From a virus (taxonomy: Duplodnaviria; Caudoviricetes), in the IMG/VR virus record IMGVR_UViG_3300025678_000005: a stretch of DNA of 64,000 bases; one strand, 5' to 3'. Shown one piece after another: positions 57,201 to 64,000 of the stretch. Position 1 is the first letter of the stretch, and the number at the start of each line of letters is the position of its first letter. The notes below the pieces were generated by a model. It made no database searches. It was not told where the DNA came from and saw only the letters and a program-made list of their open reading frames with translations. The translations under genes and the position numbers were made by a program.

Positions 57201-60200
57201 ATTTTTCAATTATAGAATATAAATTTTGTAATTCATTTAATCCATTAGGATTCAAGTACTTATTAATAATATTAGAAACTGTCATATTATTAATGGTTAT
57301 ATCTAGAGTTCCCTTTATATCCTTTGATAATGTAACCAAGGTGTCTTCTGTAGGAGCTATAGCAGTTATATTAATAGTATTATCCTTTCCAAATTTTTCT
57401 AATATTGTACGTAATGTATAATTTGCAATTACAGAGCTTTTTCCTGTCCCACTTGTTCCATGTATAGAAACTATATTTTCTATATTAAATGCTTCTAAAC
57501 TGTTTATTCTATCAATTAAATCATTTTGAATATAGGACTCTGATAATCCTTTTTCTGGATTTTCTTGTAAAAAAGTTGTAATATGTTTATAAATCTGTTT
57601 ATTTTTAAAATATCCAACAACAAAGCGTAAAGACATTTGTTGTGAGAATAGCGGAGCCTTTCTATTTCCAGGTAAAGATACTTCTTTTTCTAATAATGTT
57701 TTATAATCATTATAAAATTCTTTACTATCATAACTTAAAATAGTATGTACTCAATTATATCAGTCTAATAGTTCAAATTTATCAAAATCAGCTGTTAAAT
57801 TAGACTCTCTAGACAATATAATATCTTTAGCGCTAAACTCTTTTAAAAAGTTTCCAAATATTTCATTTAATTTAGTATTTAAATCTCCTGGTAATTCGTG
57901 AAATCTTTTATAAAAAGTATGCTCTATTTCAATTGCTTTTAATTCATCATCATCTATTTCATCAAAACGATCTAAATCATCTATAGTAAACAATGTTTTA
58001 TTATTAAATTTCAGATTTAATAAACTAAGTTTATTATCTGGATCTAAATATTGTTTATTTATATTTTTGAAAAAAGATTCTCTAATTCTATTATCGTTTT
58101 CTATTATAGAAACAGCATTATTTCTTGCTAAATTTTCAAAATAGGCTAATTTTGAATCTATAAAATTAATGTCCTTTAAAATTGTATATGCTGTTTGAGA
58201 ATTGATAGTATCATAAGTTTCCTTTAAACCCTGTTTCTTTAAAGCTCTATTTAACATTTCATTGTATCCATATAAATTGGACGGGCCAATTTCTGTAGAT
58301 GTCATAGCAGCTGTTATAGCTCTTACAACATTTAAAACATATCTGGCCTTCATAATTTGTTCTAATTGTACATCACTTCTAATGAAATCAGATTTAGTAT
58401 CAACATTCTTGTCAAAGAAATTAATATTATCTTTTAATATATCAAAAAATGTTACAGGATCTGCTCATCCATAAATAGTTACCTGAAAGTTTTTTAGTGT
58501 TTCAAGTAATGTATTTATTTTCCTATTTTTCTTTGCATATTCAAGTACTGGAGATAATCTATCATATATATCCTTATAATGTTTATAAGCTACTTCATCT
58601 TCACTTAGTTCCGCATCATCCAAAAGTTCTGAAATTGTTTTATATGCCTTTTCGGACTCTTCTATAAAGGCTTCTTCTGCTGGTAAATTTTTAGAAACCA
58701 AATCTTTTCCATATTGTATTAACAAATTTACTTTTGGTGTAATTTCATCTTCTGTTTGAATGTCTATTTGACTTAATAAACTTGCAACATATAATGCAGA
58801 TTGTTTTTCTACAGCATCATCTGGTAAATTATTAACATTATTAATTAGAGTATTATTATATTTATTAATAAGTTCTCTAATAACTTCCTTATTCATTGTT
58901 CATTCAGGAAGACCAATTTTATTTAATATGTCTTCAATTATTATCTTTTCATCATCAGAAAATTGTTCTATTGTTGGTTTAACATTTTGAAAATTATTTA
59001 TATATTCAATAATTTTATTGTCTATTTTAGAACTAAAAAGATCATTTACAGATTTATTTAATGTTTCTTGTAATCTGTTCTGTGTGTTAATCAGAGTTTC
59101 TTTAATATCATCATTATTTATAGAGCCATCTGGATTTGTTATTACATATAATCCAGCATTTGATAAGTCTTGTAATGATATTTCTTCTCCATTATTTAAT
59201 TTATTAAGAAGAGTATTTACTTCTTCAAGTTTTTGTTTAGATGCAACTAGATTAGAAAATTCATTTTTTAATGTATTTTTTTCTTCATTATTTAATTGTA
59301 ATGTTAATTGTTTTTCTCCATCATTATATTTTCCTGTTTCTACTAATTCAATAAAAGAATCTATATCTAAATTTTTTATTGGTACTTGTTTGTTTATATT
59401 ATTATATAATTGATACATTGTCCACATTTTATCTGCTAATTTTGTAGCTTCTTCTTGGTTTTGTGTATTGTAAGTATCAGATATATATTTATATAGGTCT
59501 TGAACAATTACAGCTTTATTAGAATCTGTAGTATTCTTTTTAATAATATTATTATCAAGTAAGAATTTTCCAACATTAATAAATGTTTGAGAATCAAGAG
59601 AATATTTTGGATACCCGTTTTTTGTTAGAGTTGTATTAATATCATTCAATCTATCTAATAACTTAATATAATCAATTTGTCCATCTGTAGAATTTATAAA
59701 TGCATCCATAAAAGCACTTCTAACAGATGCAAAACCATCAGAATCATATTCTTTTATTGCTTTAGAAAATTTTTCATTCATATTGAGAAAAATATTAAAC
59801 ATTTTTCTCATCTTTTCTTTAAAATTCACTTCTGTATTTGACTTTAATTCATCAAATTCTATAAGATATTTATTTTTTTCTTCATCAGATAGATGATAAT
59901 AATCCTTATCATACACATTTTTTACATACTCATCTACAGACATATTTATAAATGGTTGATGTAATATTGGATTTAAAGTAAACAATGCTCAACTATGATA
60001 ATATTCAGAATTTTTACCAGATACCAAATCATTAAATTCCTGTCTTTTTTTATTTAATTCTTCTTCTACTAATTTTTTTGTGTTTAAATCGTTAGAATCC
60101 TTTAACGTTTCTTGTTGGTTCTTTAGATTTACAATTTGTAAACCTATTTCTTTTGCATCAGATAATAGAAAATTATCAACTCCAGACTTCTTAATATCAT

Positions 60201-62379
60201 TAATATAAATCTGATCCATTATGCTTTTTTTAATTAAATCTTCATCTGTATTTTTTAGATTTTCAGAATTAACAATACTATCAATTCATTTTACTCTTTG
60301 TTTTAATAAATCAGCATAAGTATCAGCATTAATTTCTACATTCGATTCACCAACATGTATTTCATTATCTCAAAGTTTTCCCTTCATATTATCTATTTCT
60401 GATAATATATCTGCTGTACGTCCAGTAGAAATCAAATCATATAAGTCAGCTTCCGTAGATAAAGATATTTTTTCTCTATTAACCATTGGTTCTATTATAG
60501 AACGTTGTAGCTCAAACAATGGCCCACCTATGGCACCACCTACAAAATTAGCCAAATAATTTTCAAAACCCGCCTTACTGAAAACAACATCAAATCCTCC
60601 AAAACTACCTTTTTTAGGAGTCAAACCTAGAGCACTCATAACATCTACAATACCTTTTGATGCATCTATTGCAGCTTGTTCTGTTACTTCTTCTACACCT
60701 TCTATAATACTTCTTTTTATTATATTTTCTGCAAATTCACTTTCTAGTATTGGCTCTGTTAATAATGTTTTTATTTTAGATTTAAATCCAGAAACAGCAG
60801 TTGCAAGTTTTGCTTTTCCAGCAACCTGATCTACATCAAACATATCAAAAGCTTCTTTAACTTTTCCATAAGAATCCTTTACAGCCTTTCTTACCACTGC
60901 TTTACTTTCATTCTCTGTATATCCAGTAGTTTTGTCAAGAAACCATGTTCCCATTTGATTATTAGCCATTAAAGCATATTGACCGCTAGCAGCAAGCAAT
61001 GATGTAAATCCAGCAGTTCTTCTATCATATCCACCAGCCAGAGCATCACTATATACATTAGAAGACTGTGTTAGAGCCATATATCCTAAAGATAAATTTT
61101 TTGCAAGTTTTGATCTTTGTACAGAACTTGCAGTATTTTCATATCCTTTCATAAATGCCCTTCTTGCTACATCTTCTACTTGTTCAACTGGGATTTTCCC
61201 AGCAAGTGCCCCTTCAACAGCATTTTTTTGAGCAAGCGTAGCCAGATTCTCCATATATTTTTTATCATTTACTTTATAAAAAAGTTTTGATAAAGATGCT
61301 GCTGCTCTTTGTTCATAAATTTGAGAAAATATAGAAGATACCATTGAACCAAGTTGCTCATAATTTCACATCCCCTGTTGTCCAAAATCAGACAGACTTG
61401 GAGAGCTTATTTTATTAACAGCACCTTCAATTTTATTCATTGCTTTTCACATAGGCGTTTCTATACCATCGGCTGGTTCACCAAGTAATAAACCTTCTAA
61501 AGATTTATAAAATGTGGGCAATGTAGCTGATAATCCCATAGCCATCTTTATACCACCATAAATAACATTAACATGTGGTATAAAAAATGGTAATGTCTCT
61601 ACTGCAAATTTCATTGTAGTACCAATAATAGATTTATCTTTTCCATCAGAATCAAAAAAATCTATCTTATTAATTGCAGTTCCTTCTTTTGTAAGAAGAT
61701 CTAAGGGATTAACAAGTTGCTTTCCATACATCTCCCTTTTTCCAAGTGTTTCAATATAGAAAGAGCCAGTTTCATCAGTTTTTCACTCACCTTTTCTATG
61801 TGCAACTGTTTTACCTATTACTGGATCAAAGCTTTCACCATCAGAATCTCATGTAGCATATACTAATGTTTTTCCAACTAAACTTTTAAAAAATCCTAAA
61901 TCGTTTGCTGATACATCCAATCATTTATTATTATCGTAATCTCATATTTTACCATTTTGTGCCAGCTCTCTATTTGATAGCTCATTTATGTCAACAGTAT
62001 TTACTCCAGTTAGGCTATAATAGTTTTGATATGGATTATAATCAGTCCTTATTGTTGGTCTTACATCTACTTTTTTACTCTTCATTGGAGCTCCATAATC
62101 ATTAGGATCATAAGTTAATAACTCTGCAAGAACTTTGTCTTCCGACATTTCTCTATACAAAGATACTGCAGAATCATAATATTTGTTAAAAGAATCTTCA
62201 TTAAAGATTCCTTTTTCATCGGAAAATATTTTTTTAACTTTATCCAATCTTTTGTACTCATCTTTACTTAAAAGCTGTGTATTTTCTATAGTCATATTTG
62301 ATTTAATAACATCAAACATGTCTGCATTTGGCTTCTGTAATATAGCTACAAATACATCATTTGGTTTTTTAATATCCAT
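54262..62379 (-). CDS. giant virion protein D with SF1 helicase domain, about 2705 aa, TGA=Trp
   Basis: Eleven track ORFs in one frame; GTSGTGKS, IGDE, MGDPLQ, GREFD.V and YT.LTRA; Gly/Ala-rich N-terminal region with EGVEEV.EQ. Confidence 0.82.
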
Positions 62380-62381
62380 AT

Positions 62382-64000
62382 TTATTCAATTATAAGACTA
62401 GATTTTGGTGATAATTCAGTTGCATTGTCATATGCCTGTTTTTCTCTAGCATAAGTTACTGTTGGCTGTGCATCTAATAAATTACCAGCTGCAGATTTAA
62501 TATAATAATATGCATTATCTACATAAGGAATAGCTATTAAACCTTTATAGTAATTAGTAAACAAATCATTTATACCTACAGGAGCCTCTATTTTATATTC
62601 TCTTCAAATATTTTTAAGCATGGCTGAAGTGGTATTTTCTTCATCAGAAGTAAGTTGATGTAATTTAGGATTAGCTTTTGCTGCTGGAGATTTTTCTCCT
62701 GTATATCCAGTAAATACTAAAAATGGTTTATATCTATCATTTTGTTTATATTCTCTATTCTCATCTACTTTAACCATAGAAAGACCGTTTTGTTCAAATA
62801 TTTTATTAATTTGTTCTGGTTTTAAATTTGGATCATTTAAAACAGTTTGTTCTAATTGTTTTATTCTATAAAGTTTATTATAGTCTGGAGCACCATTTTC
62901 ATCTACAGGCATATATACTCTGGCCGCTAAAGAAGTGCCATCTCCAATAATATTATTTAAGTCTATTGGTGCTATTTTTTTACTTCCAAAATAAATATTT
63001 CCAGTATCCAAAACAGCTCCCAAATCAGAATTAACAAAATTCTTCAATGGAACCATTCCAAAAGAATTACCTTTTAAGTCTGTTAATTTTCCAACTCCTG
63101 TAGCTACCAAATCAAATGTTAATTTTGTACTTGGATCATTTCATTGAAAACTTTCTTTTCCAAGCTTACCAAGATGCAGTAACTCAAATGGTGTAATTGG
63201 TTTTTCTTTTGTTGTTCCAGATCCACTACCAGAAGTTCCTTTTTCTTGTAATCCTTCAATAGAAGAAGTTGTTTTTTCAGTAGTTTGATTAATAATCATA
63301 TCTAATAACAATTGTTTTGGTTCTTTGTATCCATTTAATTTTGCTGTAACATTTAATTGTTTTTGCGCTCTATCACCTAAAGTTCCTCAAATATAATTTA
63401 ATGCTTTATCTATCATACTTCTTTCAGTTTCAGTAACGTTTTGAACATTTACATATTGACCAGGAGTATTTTCAATATCACTTAAAAAACTTAAAGCTGC
63501 GGCCTCCTGTTGATTTGGCATTCTTGATAATTGATCTTTTAGTTGTTTAGTTAGAGATTCTTTTTCATATGTTCTTGTAGTAGAATTATAATTATTTCCA
63601 AAAGCATCAATTATATTTTGCACACCATTAATAATTTTTTGTATTCCAATAGAAGAACCAACAGTATTAATTATAGAACTGTTGCCAACCAATTCTGGAT
63701 TGTATTGTCTTTCTACCAGCAAATCATTATTTGTCAGTATTCTCCATTTTTTAGCATTTTTTAAATAATTATTAATGTCTGTTGTACGCAATTTATTATT
63801 TTCGTCTTTTACATAAACTTCTCCAAGTGGGCCAACAGCAACATCTCCCAATGAACCCTGTGCTTCAGCATGCCTTAATGCCGTCTGTCAATCATATTTT
63901 GCATTACGTAGTTTATTTACCTCACTTATAAGTTGTAATGATGCAGATACATTTGATGATTTGGTAAATGGATTCATAGATGATGTTTGTATTTTTTGTA
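62382..64000 (-). CDS. virion protein E, partial (starts beyond the window), TGA=Trp
   Basis: Three track ORFs in one frame separated by TGA; TAA at 62382-62384. Confidence 0.75.

Noticed and set aside
37539-64000. Reading the many minus-strand fragments as separate small genes or as pseudogenes
   Set aside because: They share frames, the breaks checked are TGA, and the RNAP catalytic motif lies in a gap between fragments; recoding explains all of this.

Overview
This window is AT-rich DNA from a crAss-like (Crassvirales) phage of a Bacteroidota host, judged from its gene content and TAnnTTTG promoter boxes. It has two convergent halves. (1) Positions 1-36.9 kb on the + strand read in the standard code and carry early/replication genes: DNA MTase, AAA ATPases, ClpP, ferritin, family A DNA polymerase, SF2 and DnaB helicases, primase, nucleases, a degenerate ligase, dNMP kinase, a radical SAM enzyme and a ThyX-like gene. 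Two group I introns split genes exactly in catalytic motifs. This half also has an integron-like attC/gene-cassette block, a tRNA-like element without an anticodon arm, and a GC-rich TnpB-only IS200/IS605 element whose empty site can be rebuilt. (2) Positions 36.9-64 kb are late genes. The many minus-strand ORF fragments share frames and are broken by TGA; with TGA read as Trp they join into five giant genes, including the virion RNA polymerase (DLDID motif). A + strand lysozyme is recoded the same way. Consecutive giant proteins carry matching C-terminal and N-terminal cysteines, which suggests a head-to-tail chain. All calls were made by eye; no database searches were run.
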